Shown here: one piece after another, positions 13,950 through 25,898 of the stretch
Numbering within the stretch: position 1 is the first letter of the stretch
Layout: the number at the start of each line of letters is the position of its first letter
Assembly (NCBI GenBank): GCA_001599295.1
Contig: BCGN01000007.1
Location: 322,433-386,432 of the forward strand
DNA from: Sporopachydermia quercuum
Taxonomy: Eukaryota
Direction: 5' to 3'
Length of the DNA: 64,000 bases
The notes under the pieces: generated by a model
Seen by the model: only the letters and a program-made list of their open reading frames with translations
Database searches by the model: none
Told to the model about the DNA's origin: nothing
Translations under genes and position numbers: made by a program

Positions 13950-14760
13950 AGCATNATTGACCAGACAGCGAAGAGTTCGCAAATTTCACTCAAAAATCAA
14001 GTATCAGTCTACTTTATCTGAAAATTTCATCAATAATAACAAGCATAATTCAACTTTTGCTAACTAACAAGCTTTTCATTTACTATGAAATAGTATCGGC
14101 ATCTCCCTAGGTAGATAATGGTTCAACAGAACCCGTCTATTTCTTCGGTAAGCTTAGTAACAAGAGATGATACCTCAGAAGAAGGTATTGTCTCCTTTTC
14201 TTAAATCCTGATCGATTTTCCTGGCCTTTTTTAAGCCTTATTCATGTCTTTCTCAACTCAAGGGATCCCAGTTTGAGGAAAACACTACGGGGTCATATAG
14301 AAAACTGGATGCATAATAAAAATCATCTGATGGATTCATCAAAAATTCATAGTATCTGTGTCTTCAACTTTTTTAGCATAATGTATATTCTGACCTCTGT
14401 TAGGTTTGATTTGACTTGATCTGGTTTAGTTTGGTTTGGTTTGGTGGGAAANGGATAACAAGATCAGTTGATAAGCTTAGATATGAGAAACATAAGACTA
14501 TACCAACTAGGAGTAATCTAATTAAGTATAATTAAATACTCAATAATGCTCAAAGGAACTTTCTCATTGAAAAGAATACTTCAGCAGCTTTGATCTTCCA
14601 CAGTCTTTCTCAGAAATGTGCTCCCATAGCAACGACTACGCGTACTNTAAGCTGACTTAATTGATGCCGGGAAACGAATTCTTATGTAAAACTTACATAA
14701 TAGAGATTCCATTGTTCATCCATTGTTCATCCATTGTTCATCCTCAGCAAATAATGACAA
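13950..14760 (-). mobile_element. Possible highly decayed hAT-superfamily transposase remnant
   Basis: Broken minus-strand frames give, in hAT-like order and spacing, QWNLYY, HISEKD, ITPSWYSL, YYASSFLYDP and DEIFR*...ILDF*VK. Many stops and frameshifts; no TIRs seen. Confidence 0.35.
14709..14743. repeat. Tandem repeat (CCATTGTTCAT)x3
   Basis: Read directly from the sequence. Confidence 0.9.
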
Positions 14761-15227
14761 AAGCTTTCACACCAAGAAATATCTCTGTTCGTTATTTTTT
14801 ATTAATTGACTATGCTACAATTCAATACTTACTCATATGCAAGATTTGATTTATTAACTGTTTATAAATCATCTATCAGTATTATTTTGATATATTATTN
14901 AAATAATGCTTTGTTTAATGCTTGTATAATGCTTGTATAATGTGTCGTAAAGAAGATGGTAATCGAAGTGCTTTCAGTCATTCTTATTTGACATGGATCA
15001 TCTTCCTGCTCTTTTGATTCTGATTCTAATGTATTATTTCTATCGTCTTAGCACTTTTATTGCTTCTTTTCTTCCCTTCCTTCTAATACTCTTACAAATT
15101 CAACTTCATTTCAAATCATTTTTAATCACTCATCTCTGCTTGGTACTTCATTTTCTTTGTTCTATTCATTAAATCTCCTGCTTCTTTACAATTCTTTGAA
15201 GTGATAGCTTGGCTTCTTCCACCAGAC

Positions 15228-18200
15228 TCATTGTTGGCCATTCAGTTCGCGCTTACTATTGTCTTTTCTCCCATTTTCTTCTCTTCCACTCGCTTTGAAT
15301 CCNGTATCCTTAACCTCAATAAAATCGTCTTTATATTTATCACTTATTTGACATGAATTGTATATATTATCTCTCATGGTCTTAATTGGTGTCTTTTGCC
15401 ATCTTCTGAATATTCGAGAAGGTGATTCAAACTCATAACAATGCTGTATCAGGGATTCAATCTCTCTCTCCACTGTTGAGAACTGCATTGGAATTCCAAT
15501 GCTTCTTAAATATCCAATCATTTCTAATCCTTCCCAAGGTCCAATATCTGATTTATAGAAGGATATTCTAGTTAATCTATGCAAAACATACGGAATGAAT
15601 ATTTTCCTTCCTTTTAATCTAACAATTTCTTCCCATGTATAATTCTTAGCTTTTGCTTCTTGTTTTAACATCCTAATAACATATGCAACAAAGTTCTTAA
15701 TAATTGTAATGCTCTGTAAAAATACAACCCGAATTAACATAGTTCTCCAAACGTATTCATTGAGAAATATGCCTTTCTGACAGCATTTATGCAGAAAGAG
15801 CATTGTTTCACGATCATTCTGATTCTGTCGATAGAGCTCTCGAGGACTAAAGTTCTTCATAGGCCGAAAGCTTTCCTCAACTATGTCATAAGCCTTTGAG
15901 CTGGAATCGAGTTCGTTCATCAGGGTTCTATAAATGGCTCTCATCTCGTCTAACAATGATTCCAGTGTCTCTTCTTTTATTTGAGATACGTTATAAAAAT
16001 CAATATAAGTAGGGGAAGCAATAGAGCTCAAATTGGAATCAGAATCAGAAGTAGGATCCGAATTATCTTTCATCTCTTTATTCTTCTTACTATGGATGGA
16101 CTGGTTATCAATAAACTGATGTATTAATGGCGTAGGAATGGAGCTTATATTTCTAACAAGCCATTGCTTAGCTCTTGTCTTTTCTGCTTCTTCATCTATA
16201 GTAGTAAGCTTCTTATTTGAATCATCAAGATGTTTTTCGCCTTTTGACCGGTTTGAGCTTACTACACTTTCAACTTTATTATTTGAATTAATATCTGGGT
16301 TTGCACTCCCGGTCAGCATTTTGTTGTCTTCTTTCGCTTCGCTATGGCTGCTCAATGTAATAGGTTCACCATTATTACTGAACAGCAATTTAAGCTGTTC
16401 CCAGTAATCAACAAGCATCACGCTGTCAAATAAAGTATTCAGAGATGCTGTGGATTCGCCAAAATCAATAAAAACTGGTATTTGATTCTCTCGATTGTTC
16501 TTCCTGGTCCTAGCTTTTACAATACGATACAATGTAATAGGTCCTCGTTGTAGTAGCATTAATGCAATTGAACTGGCCGCTTTGCCTAGCTCTTCATTCA
16601 ACACCTCAAATTGTGTATCACCATTCGCTATTGGTTTTTCAATTTTATATTTAAATTTGTTCAAGTCGTTCAATGCTTCATAGATTTCTCCTTTTTTGAC
16701 TAAATTGTTAATCCGCAGAATTGCTGTTCTTAATGGTAGTTCACGATTTTCGAATACCTTATGAAACTCGTCTTCGAATGCACTGGTGTATCCATTTTCT
16801 AAAAGAATAGATAGATATTTAAAGGTAACATCACAACCAAGATCATGAACGCCTTTGATAGTAAGTGAGAATTCATCGCATAACTGACATATTTCGCTTG
16901 CTCTATCAAATTGTCCTGTACCAGCGAATAATTTGAGCAATGATAGTAAAGTATATATATCTATGGGATTCTTAGATAGTTCTAATTCTAATTCTCCTTG
17001 GCTCAATTCCGATAATTTTATAGCAGATAAATAATATGTTTCCTCAATATTCACTGTAATTAATCTTTTAATATGATGAAACTTTCCCCAATCGATAGTT
17101 GAGTTCTTCATGTAAGAATGACAGATTTTACCCACTGATACTTGCATAATTCCATCAGCGGCTTGAGGGAGCTTCGAAAACTTTCTAATACCCTGAAAAA
17201 TCGCATCACTCAAAGAGAAAGAGTATGAATTAATAGGTCCATCTGACAGACATTCTAGTAATCTTTTGAAAGATTTAGCATAGTCCATACTTATCAAATA
17301 GTGTATTAGGTCTTCAATCAATGAGTCACGGAAGCTGTAAACTTTCTCATCCATCAAATAAAAACACCAGTTAATAGCCATATTCTTATCCCGTTTGCTG
17401 TAATATTCAATAAGCTTATCAAACAAAAGAGACGATCGTCTATAATTACGAACACTCCTAATAAAATTCTCAAACTCCTTTCTACCTTCTGGAGACTCTG
17501 ATAACATAGCACATAAACTATAGTCAAGAATGTTCTGCCTTGAGACATTATAATTTTTGAATATATACTGGAAATTCGGTATNCTCTCAGGGAATTTATA
17601 AAGCAGGAAAGAAAACAAGCTTGAGATGAAAAGATTAGATACATTAGCCCTTCGTGCTATGAATTCAACTTGTTTCATTCCTTCGCTAAACTGTTGAGGA
17701 TTTAAACTGAAAGCAAACATTACAATTGAATTCAACCAAAAACTCTTCGTTTCAAGAATAGAATCGTTTAAAATTGCTTGAATAACAGGACTCAAATTTC
17801 CAAGTGAATTTAAGGGCTTATCTTCCAATTCATTTGAAGCTGATTGCCATAGGAAAGCTAAGTGTTCAAGCTCTTCTTTCTCAAACAAGGTGACGTTCAA
17901 AGCTTTGAAAAAAGGATGCAGCGAATCCTTAGCCAACGTTGATTTAATTGAGTTCCTATATCGTTTCGGTTCATGCCTTAAAACTAAGGATCGGAATTTC
18001 TCAGGTGAGCCAATGTTGTTCAGTTGTGTTTTCTGTCTTCTTTTAACCTTTTCCTGGTTTTCCTTTGGTTTAGCCAAGGAATCAGGGGCCGAAGATGGTT
18101 TCATAGAAGATTTGAGTTTACGATTTGATATACTACTTGCTGTAAAATATTTTTGTAACCGCTCAAAGCTGAAAGTCGGTTTCCAACCATTGAAAGACGA

Positions 18201-18302
18201 TGGTGTATTGATGATAGATATCTCATTGTGAAGAAAGGTGGAGACATGGTTATGGAGTTGAAATCTCGTACCGTTTTTGAGCTTATGCAACGGAAACCTC
18301 AT
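15228..18302 (-). CDS. Probable mitochondrial pentatricopeptide-repeat (PPR)-like protein, 1024 aa
   Basis: Basic N-terminus with few acidic residues. Helical repeats resemble PPR (IYTLLSLLKLFAGTGQFDRASEICQL; FDKLIEYYSKRDKNMAINWCFYLMDEKV). Orthologue not identified. Confidence 0.55.
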   Translation of the reverse strand: MRFPLHKLKNGTRFQLHNHVSTFLHNEISIINTPSSFNGWKPTFSFERLQKYFTASSISNRKLKSSMKPSSAPDSLAKPKENQEKVKRRQKTQLNNIGSPEKFRSLVLRHEPKRYRNSIKSTLAKDSLHPFFKALNVTLFEKEELEHLAFLWQSASNELEDKPLNSLGNLSPVIQAILNDSILETKSFWLNSIVMFAFSLNPQQFSEGMKQVEFIARRANVSNLFISSLFSFLLYKFPEXIPNFQYIFKNYNVSRQNILDYSLCAMLSESPEGRKEFENFIRSVRNYRRSSLLFDKLIEYYSKRDKNMAINWCFYLMDEKVYSFRDSLIEDLIHYLISMDYAKSFKRLLECLSDGPINSYSFSLSDAIFQGIRKFSKLPQAADGIMQVSVGKICHSYMKNSTIDWGKFHHIKRLITVNIEETYYLSAIKLSELSQGELELELSKNPIDIYTLLSLLKLFAGTGQFDRASEICQLCDEFSLTIKGVHDLGCDVTFKYLSILLENGYTSAFEDEFHKVFENRELPLRTAILRINNLVKKGEIYEALNDLNKFKYKIEKPIANGDTQFEVLNEELGKAASSIALMLLQRGPITLYRIVKARTRKNNRENQIPVFIDFGESTASLNTLFDSVMLVDYWEQLKLLFSNNGEPITLSSHSEAKEDNKMLTGSANPDINSNNKVESVVSSNRSKGEKHLDDSNKKLTTIDEEAEKTRAKQWLVRNISSIPTPLIHQFIDNQSIHSKKNKEMKDNSDPTSDSDSNLSSIASPTYIDFYNVSQIKEETLESLLDEMRAIYRTLMNELDSSSKAYDIVEESFRPMKNFSPRELYRQNQNDRETMLFLHKCCQKGIFLNEYVWRTMLIRVVFLQSITIIKNFVAYVIRMLKQEAKAKNYTWEEIVRLKGRKIFIPYVLHRLTRISFYKSDIGPWEGLEMIGYLRSIGIPMQFSTVEREIESLIQHCYEFESPSRIFRRWQKTPIKTMRDNIYNSCQISDKYKDDFIEVKDXGFKASGREENGRKDNSKRELNGQQ

Positions 18303-20032
18303 CGTAAAGTAGTGCTGATAAAGCCAACATAAGGAACCACCTCTTTATAGTGAATACTATCTTATCATTGAATAGTTATGCATCTTCCGCTATTCAAGAG
18401 GTGATTGTGTTTGGTACTTGTAAATGAGATNACCAGTGACCAATAGATAGCATTAGTGTTCTTATGGGGAGAAAAAATTGAGTTACTATAGAAAAAATAG
18501 CAAACGGTGCTTGTTTTGAGCTATCTGGTCAATTTTCCTTATAATAATATCAATGAATATAGATATTATGGTATATCTTGTGATCGAGTTGATGATAGAA
18601 AATGTCAATCTTTTGAAAAGATAGAATATAATAGCGGAGATGACTACTGACAGTAGAGATGNTTTTCGGAAATGATTTATAAATAAAGTTAGAATTGAGA
18701 CAGCATTGTGCCTATATATGCATTAGAATTTCGAAGTTTAATCTGTACTGGCTAGGGTGAGGTACATAGTTACGCATCAACCGGCGCAACCTTAGAAGTT
18801 TAAACCACTTCCGGTCACTTTTCCTAACTATTTATCGAAACTTTATGTCAATCAGTCTGTTTTAATATCATAGTATTTATTTCATTGTTGTAGATTTACA
18901 GATAAATAAGTAGAGGCTGCATTAGTTTCTGCATTTTATCTACAGAACGAACTATTTGACCTTCCTTTACTTGAATTAAACTTCAATNAATCAAAGGCCT
19001 TGCATTTATCATACATCAANTGTTATGCTTATTCTCCACTATCTGATCCAACTCCCTTGTAAGGAAATAATAGGACTACCAAGTTCTTTCAACTTCTTTA
19101 CCTCAGAGACAATAAATTTACATTACTTAACTCAAGATTTACAATTATCTACAAGCNAGCTGTGGACTTTTTCATCTAGCTTTCAACTTCAATAATCTCA
19201 TTCCCACTGACTTCCCAACCATAGCCACACCATGCATACAGCTTGCATATCCCCTCTGGTCTGTTCCAGTTCCACCACCTTTCTTGCAGTGGAACATGTC
19301 TTGCCATAATATCATGTACAGCTTCCAACGTATCTTTTCTTCCAAATTCATCACCATCAGATTACCTGTTAATAGAAATAATAAATCCACTTTACAATCG
19401 NATTCCCTAGTATTCCTAGTTCTTTTACCGACGTGACTTACAAATCAGCGTAACTACAAACTCTCCACATGCAATCCTATTATTACTGTTATGTGGTAGT
19501 TGGAGAATCCATTTGAATGAGAAAAAAAATAAGAAGAATTTCGGCCTGTAGAAAGTGAAAGATCATAACTGGTAGATGATTTGCAGTTTAGTATCAGCAG
19601 GATATCATCTATAAACANTAAACAAAGTGTATGAAAAGTCGATTATTCGTTCTTTATTTCAGTTGGAAGTGTGATTGACATTGTTTGGAGCTTGGCTTTG
19701 GATACAAATTTGATAGACAAGAACGTACAATCAAGAAANTCATTGAAATCATTGAATAAGAAGAAAGAAGACTAAAACGTATTGAATATCAAATCAACTA
19801 CTTAAATCTTCTATCTTCTATCGTTACTTTCGTGTTATTTTTTTCCTCTTTCTCTGGCTCTTCATGATAGGTATTCTACCATCAGTGGTACTGGTATCTA
19901 TCATTACTATAATCTTATAACACTATTCACCAGGGATACTTTCAAAACTCTCTTATATGCACTCTCATGCATAGCTGATTTAATTCATCGCAGCGAATAT
20001 CTCTCGATTTTATCACTAATTTCATCCCCATA

Positions 20033-22108
20033 ATGAAGAAAAATAAGAGTATAAAAGATTCTGATGAGTCTGGTGAACAAGGATTAAATCTTCATTTGTT
20101 TTCCATTGAATCAACTGATTCTTTGAATGACTCAAACGAATCAGCTACCGCACATCTTCTATCGTCAGAAGAGAGAAGTGAAGAACCTGAAAGCGAGCAA
20201 CTTCAGCAAAATCAACAAAGTCACCAGAGTCAACAACCAGTTGGTGTATTAAAAACTAAAGATTCCAAGAAATCGAAGCCAAAGTCTCTTGTCAGATTTG
20301 CTTCTCATGATGATGAAGTGTATATCAATGAGTTCCATAGTAACGACAGAAATCGTGGCAACGAGCTGAGCACTAAAAATAAGAATAATACTAATAAGAA
20401 AAATAGATTCCATAGATACAAACGCAATCCTGCGTATCGTGATATTTCAGCTCACTATGAAAGAAGATCGAACTCGTTTTCTGATAACTCAGAGTCAGAT
20501 TTATCATATGATGAAGACAATGATGAGATAGAAATCGANTATCAATACAGTCATGGTAGAAGTGCTAAACAACATCAACATGATATTTTTGTTAAAAAAG
20601 TATTATATGGTGGTCTACTGGGTCTAATAATCTCATTACTGATATATATTTCACTATTGCTAACTGATGATAATGATCTCCCCCATGACGGTATTNACTT
20701 CAAACCAATACTATCCAATGGGTCTCACGATTTCTATCCAACAACATTATTTATTTCTCTGGATGGATTCCATCCTCATTATATTTCTAAACAATTAACA
20801 CCAAAACTGAACTCNCTAATGATTGAGGAATACGGTGCTCCTTATATTATTCCTTCCTTTCCTTCGTCTACTTTTCCTAACCATTGGACGATGGTCACTG
20901 GGCTATATCCATCAAGCCATGGTATAGTGNGTAATCACTTTTTTGATCCTTCGTCGAATAAACAGTTCATTAGTACTCGAAATGAGTTAGCTCTTGATAG
21001 ATCTTGGTGGGGAGGCGAACCAATATGGGAAACTGCTGCTAAGAATGGTGTTTCTTGTGTTGTTCATATGTGGCCAGGTTCTGAAGTTCCATGGGGCTTT
21101 GGTGCACCTATAGAAGTTGATAAATATAATGGAACTGAAAAACTGTCCCGGAAACTTGATAGGATCTTCAGCTGGTTAGATAATGATATTGAGACTCGTC
21201 CAGAGCTTTTGCTTGCATACGTACCTACCATTGACTCATTAGGTCATAAATTTGGTATATCAGGTCCGGAGTTGGAAGAAGGATTGCAGTACGTTGATTC
21301 TTTTATACAAAGCTTGTATGATGATCTTGAGCTGAGAAATCTTACTGATATTGTTAATGTTATAATTGTATCAGATCATGGAATGGCACCAATTTCTAAT
21401 GACCGGTTGATATTCCTTGACGATTTGATTGATATTTCAACTATTGAACATCGAGACGGCTGGCCATTGTTCGGCTTACGCCCTTTCGATTATTACGATA
21501 ATAATGAAGTATATGCCAATCTTTCCAATAGAATCAACAATCTACCNCCGGAAAAAGCACATTTACGTGTTTTCAATTCGACAACTATGCCGAAGGAATT
21601 CATGTTTACTAATACTGGTGATGACAGATACCAAGAACGAATTGCTCCAATATGGTTGATTCCTGACGAGGGTTATGCTATAACTACTCATAAAGAATTC
21701 GAAGACAAGAATTTTGATTATACACCGAAGGGAATTCATGGTTATAATAACACTGAAACTTTGATGAGGGCGTTATTTTTGGGTACAGGACCATTTCTCC
21801 ATCAGTTATTCGACACTGTTGACGAAAGGAAAGGAAATGAAGTAAAGAAACTCGCTCCTTTTTCTAATATTGAGATTTATAATTTAGTATGCCATTCATT
21901 GAATATGGTTCCTGGGGAGAATAATGGGACATGGATAGGCAATGGTAGTGATAAACATAGTAAAAATAGTGGTAGCGGTAATAAAGAAGGGAATTTGAAG
22001 CTNTTGCAGCAAGGATGGAGAGATAATGTTCAATATCCTGATGTTGGGTTCAATGTTAGTATTATTGATGTTGATTCGACTTATGATGAATTGTATGGTA
22101 AAGAATGA
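20033..22108 (+). CDS. NPP1: Ectonucleotide pyrophosphatase/phosphodiesterase (Npp1/Npp2 family), type II membrane protein
   Basis: One TM helix, then [26 protein letters not shown] (catalytic Thr), [19 protein letters not shown]. Confidence 0.93.
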   Translation: MKKNKSIKDSDESGEQGLNLHLFSIESTDSLNDSNESATAHLLSSEERSEEPESEQLQQNQQSHQSQQPVGVLKTKDSKKSKPKSLVRFASHDDEVYINEFHSNDRNRGNELSTKNKNNTNKKNRFHRYKRNPAYRDISAHYERRSNSFSDNSESDLSYDEDNDEIEIXYQYSHGRSAKQHQHDIFVKKVLYGGLLGLIISLLIYISLLLTDDNDLPHDGIXFKPILSNGSHDFYPTTLFISLDGFHPHYISKQLTPKLNXLMIEEYGAPYIIPSFPSSTFPNHWTMVTGLYPSSHGIVXNHFFDPSSNKQFISTRNELALDRSWWGGEPIWETAAKNGVSCVVHMWPGSEVPWGFGAPIEVDKYNGTEKLSRKLDRIFSWLDNDIETRPELLLAYVPTIDSLGHKFGISGPELEEGLQYVDSFIQSLYDDLELRNLTDIVNVIIVSDHGMAPISNDRLIFLDDLIDISTIEHRDGWPLFGLRPFDYYDNNEVYANLSNRINNLXPEKAHLRVFNSTTMPKEFMFTNTGDDRYQERIAPIWLIPDEGYAITTHKEFEDKNFDYTPKGIHGYNNTETLMRALFLGTGPFLHQLFDTVDERKGNEVKKLAPFSNIEIYNLVCHSLNMVPGENNGTWIGNGSDKHSKNSGSGNKEGNLKXLQQGWRDNVQYPDVGFNVSIIDVDSTYDELYGKE

Positions 22109-22172
22109 GTGAGAAAGAATGGATTAGAAATGAATAGGTATTGGTATAATGATAGATAAATAAGTAAAAAAT

Positions 22173-22214
22173 AAACAATAAACAATAAACAATAAACAAT
22201 AAACAATAAACAAT
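22173..22214. repeat. Minisatellite (AAACAAT)x6 downstream of NPP1
   Basis: Read directly from the sequence. Confidence 0.9.
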
Positions 22215-22558
22215 GAATAATAAATAATGAACAGCGAACAGTGAATAGAAATAAGAAGTAAAACCCATAGATAGGTGTGGAACCTTGCTGAATTTACTTT
22301 GGCAATTGGGAATGGTTCAAATAAAATGGAAATTATTTACCAATAAATGTTTAGAAAATCATTCAAATGGCATGATAGACTATTAAATATGATAGTGCTG
22401 TATTGTAGTATTATTGTATTATAGTATGAGAGTATTACAGTATGAGAGTATTACAATATGATAGTATTATAGCCCATTCTAATCCCTTATGCAGTACACT
22501 CAGCATCAGTATAGTCATCGGCAATCCTTGCTAAGCATTCCATTTAATACTCAACACC

Positions 22559-22628
22559 CAGCATTCAACACTCAAGTGATATCTCCCATTCAGCATTCAA
22601 CACTCAAGTGATATCTCCCATTCAGCAT
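22559..22628. repeat. Perfect 32-bp tandem duplication (CAGCATTCAACACTCAAGTGATATCTCCCATT)x2
   Basis: Read directly; lies just 3' of the PXP1 stop codon. Confidence 0.9.
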
Positions 22629-22648
22629 AATGCAATCCATTTCCTACT

Positions 22649-24501
22649 TCATAGCTTAGAAGAGCTCGGCTTCTTCTTTGATTGCCAGCCAAATTGTAGT
22701 TTACTCTTCAATCCTTGATCAATTATAACATTAAGAACTGATGTTTTGCCTCCAATTCCAGCACTATCACTAACAGCTTTAGCAAACGCTTGTTTCAATT
22801 CATCATATGTTCTGACTAGATAACCATTAGCACCTAAAGATTCTCCCAATAAATCATACCTAACTTCTAGACTTAATGCCGTTGATGGTAATTTACTCTT
22901 GGTATCATTACCATTGCTATTATACTGTTCATTAGGAGTGCCATGGTAAATGCCACTGTTGTTCATGATAATTATCACCAAGGGTAAATTACTTCTAACT
23001 GCAGTTTCAATCTCCATACCGGAAAATCCAAAAGCTGAATCTCCTTCAATGGCAATAACTAATGAATTTGGTTCAGCTGCTTTAGCTGCTATAGCATAAC
23101 CTAATCCCAATCCCATAGTAGCATTCGTACCAGCATCTAATCTTCTTCGAGGGTAATTCAATGGGAAAGCAACTCTAGACACATCCATGGTATTCGCTCC
23201 TTCTGACGCAAAAATGATCTCTTCTGGCTTATAAACTGTTTGATTGGCTAGTACTTGCTTGATTATATTATAGGAAGCTTGATAAGTCATAGGTATATCA
23301 TATTTGTTCTCTTTTTCGATGCTTTTCTTCTCGTTTGCTTGGATTTTATTGATAATCTCAATAGGAATTTCAGGAGCNNTCCAATTAATACTANTCAACT
23401 GTTCCGTCAGCTGAGGAACAGTAAGCTTCAAGTCGCCTAATAGACCTAAGTATGCATCACCAGTATTGTTACCAATTTCTTCAGCATTAATATCGAATTG
23501 AATTATCTTAACGTCTTTTCTAAATCTTGGCGATGCACCGAAGTGAAGTAACCAGTTGAGCTTTGCTCCCAAAAGTAAAATAACATCANCGGATTTCAAT
23601 GCTTGAGTTCTAGCTGCTGAAAGGTTCCCATCCCAATTATCAGGAACAACACCTTTACCCATAGGTGTAGGTAGGAAAGGAAGATTAGTTGATTTTATGA
23701 GTTTTTGGACTTCTAGCTCGCTTTTGGCATAAGCAGCCCCTTTCCCAATGATAACTAAAGGGTTGGTAGATGATTGTAAAGAAGATACAATAGAAGCAAT
23801 AGTATTAGGATCGCCAATTGATTTTGGTGGTGAAGGAAATTCACCTTCACGTTGGAAATATTGTGATAACTTGTCAAAACACTCAACTGCTTCTTCTGAT
23901 TCGTTTTCTATATCAGTTTGAATTATATCTGCCGGTAAATCAATATAGGTGGAACCAGGGCGGCCAAANGTAGAAACACGATAAGCTTTTTCAAGCAAGA
24001 AAGGAAAGTTTGATAATTTATGAGGTTTGCCAGAAAACTTGGTAAAAGGAGTTGTAACAGTTATTTGATCTTCTTCTTGGAAAGCCCCTTTATAAACTTC
24101 ATCGCTGTCGCTTGAGCCAGCCAGAAGAATCAATGGCCATGAATTGGAATTAGCATTGACTACTCCAGCCAGACCATGAATAATCCCAGGTCCTCCAACT
24201 ACTAACAAAACTCCTGGTTTCCCTGTGAGATATCCATAGATAGAAGCTGCATAAGAAGCTGCCTGTTCGTTTCTGAAGGAAATAAATTGAATTCCTTCTT
24301 CAATACAAGCATTAGCAACCTGGTGAGAATTACGCTCTGTTAGTAGATGAAGCAATTGATACATAGGTACTTGTGCGATCGTATATGGGATGGCACCTGA
24401 GGGATACTTACTTCGACCACTGGGATTCCTACAATTCCAAAAATTGTTTTGATTCCAGCTCTTTTAATGGTTTGAGCAATAAATTTAGATCCTGTTACCA
24501 T
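22649..24501 (-). CDS. PXP1: Peroxisomal TPP-dependent 2-hydroxyacyl-CoA lyase / oxalyl-CoA decarboxylase-like; exons 24501-24412 and 24319-22649 (586 aa)
   Basis: Exon 1 MVTGSKFIAQ...IFGIVGIPVVE. Intron 24411-24320 is GTAAGT...TACTAAC...CAG. Motifs FRNEQAASYAA, LDAGTNATMG, TPP motif GDSAFGFS...MNN; C-terminal PTS1 SKL. Confidence 0.92.
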
Positions 24502-25898
24502 ACTTGCTTTTATTGTAGTAATAATCTGTTGGATCGTATTGTATTGGGTCTACTAAGCTNCTCTGCACAAGTAGTTGAGTCACCTACTATCTCCTCTGCA
24601 AAATAGTAACACTAAACGTTGCTTCTGAGTTCTAAAAGGACAAGCAATTCAACGTCGTAATAGCAAGGAATTTGTGGATAGAATACTATTGATTTGAAGA
24701 ATGTAAANCAGATGTACAGTAGTAGATTATGAATTAGTAAGAATGAATTGAATGAGAAGCGGGGAGACAAACAAGGAGAGCAAAGGCCGAGGAAATAAGA
24801 TTAAAGATGATGCAAGTTGATGCAAGTTGATGTATTAGGGAAGAGCTGCATGAAGGGTAAGCATAAAGTGAAATGAAAGGGAAGTAAAGTAGAGAGTTAG
24901 AAGTGCAGGGAGAAACATTTGAATAAAGANAAACACATATTTTGCTATATTTTGGGATAAGATGGCAGTAATATAATGGATACATTGCTACTGGTTGTGA
25001 ATAGAAGATTGCAGGTTTAATCCACAATTAAGGTTCAAAACTCTATTGTACATTTATTTTAGGATCACAAGATCAGAAAAGGTACAAATGTAGATGAATT
25101 TATGTAATAGATAACTATTTTTCTTTTAATTCCAGCTTAAATTCACTCCAGAAAACTTGATTATATTTTTGAAATACGTATTACCAAAATCCATACCACT
25201 TGTTTTAAAGTTTGTAAATTTTTCCCTAACATTACTATGAAATATGAATCTGTTCCACTTGAATGATCAATTCTCCACGGAGCACAATACAATATCACGT
25301 GATCGATGAAATTTGGGAGGTCTAAAGGTGGTTTCAATTTACTATTCACCGAGTTGAATAACTTTAGGATAAGTGGAAAAACACTACCAATAATCTATTT
25401 TAATTCAGATATCTAATAAATATATACAAGCTCTGTTCAATATAACTGTTTGATCAATATTCCAATGAAGGCTAACGAAATCAATCATCTAATCCTGTCA
25501 ATGACATGTTATAGTAAGCTGGTAGAATGATGATTGTGATGTATGAGTATAATAACGCAAATCTATGATCAGCTGATTTCATTTCGCCTTGCCCATCAGT
25601 AAAATTCGTTAACATTGCCTGAAAACTTACAGGTTTTACTGTTTCTTTTTGATAGAGCATAATGCTCATCTAGAAANTTCTAAGTCTAGTGACAAACAGN
25701 TTTCATTCATCGTACATCATATCTCAGAAGTGTGTCACCCAAAGGCATTATTCTGCTACTATCTCCGTTATATTTTCAAAACTTAGCTTTAACAGCTCAT
25801 TCGCACTCCATTCATACAGATCATCACCAAATTATTCAATTCACTCTATCGTTGCATCATGCAATACATCCTTACTCTCAAGCAACTGCTTCTGAAAT

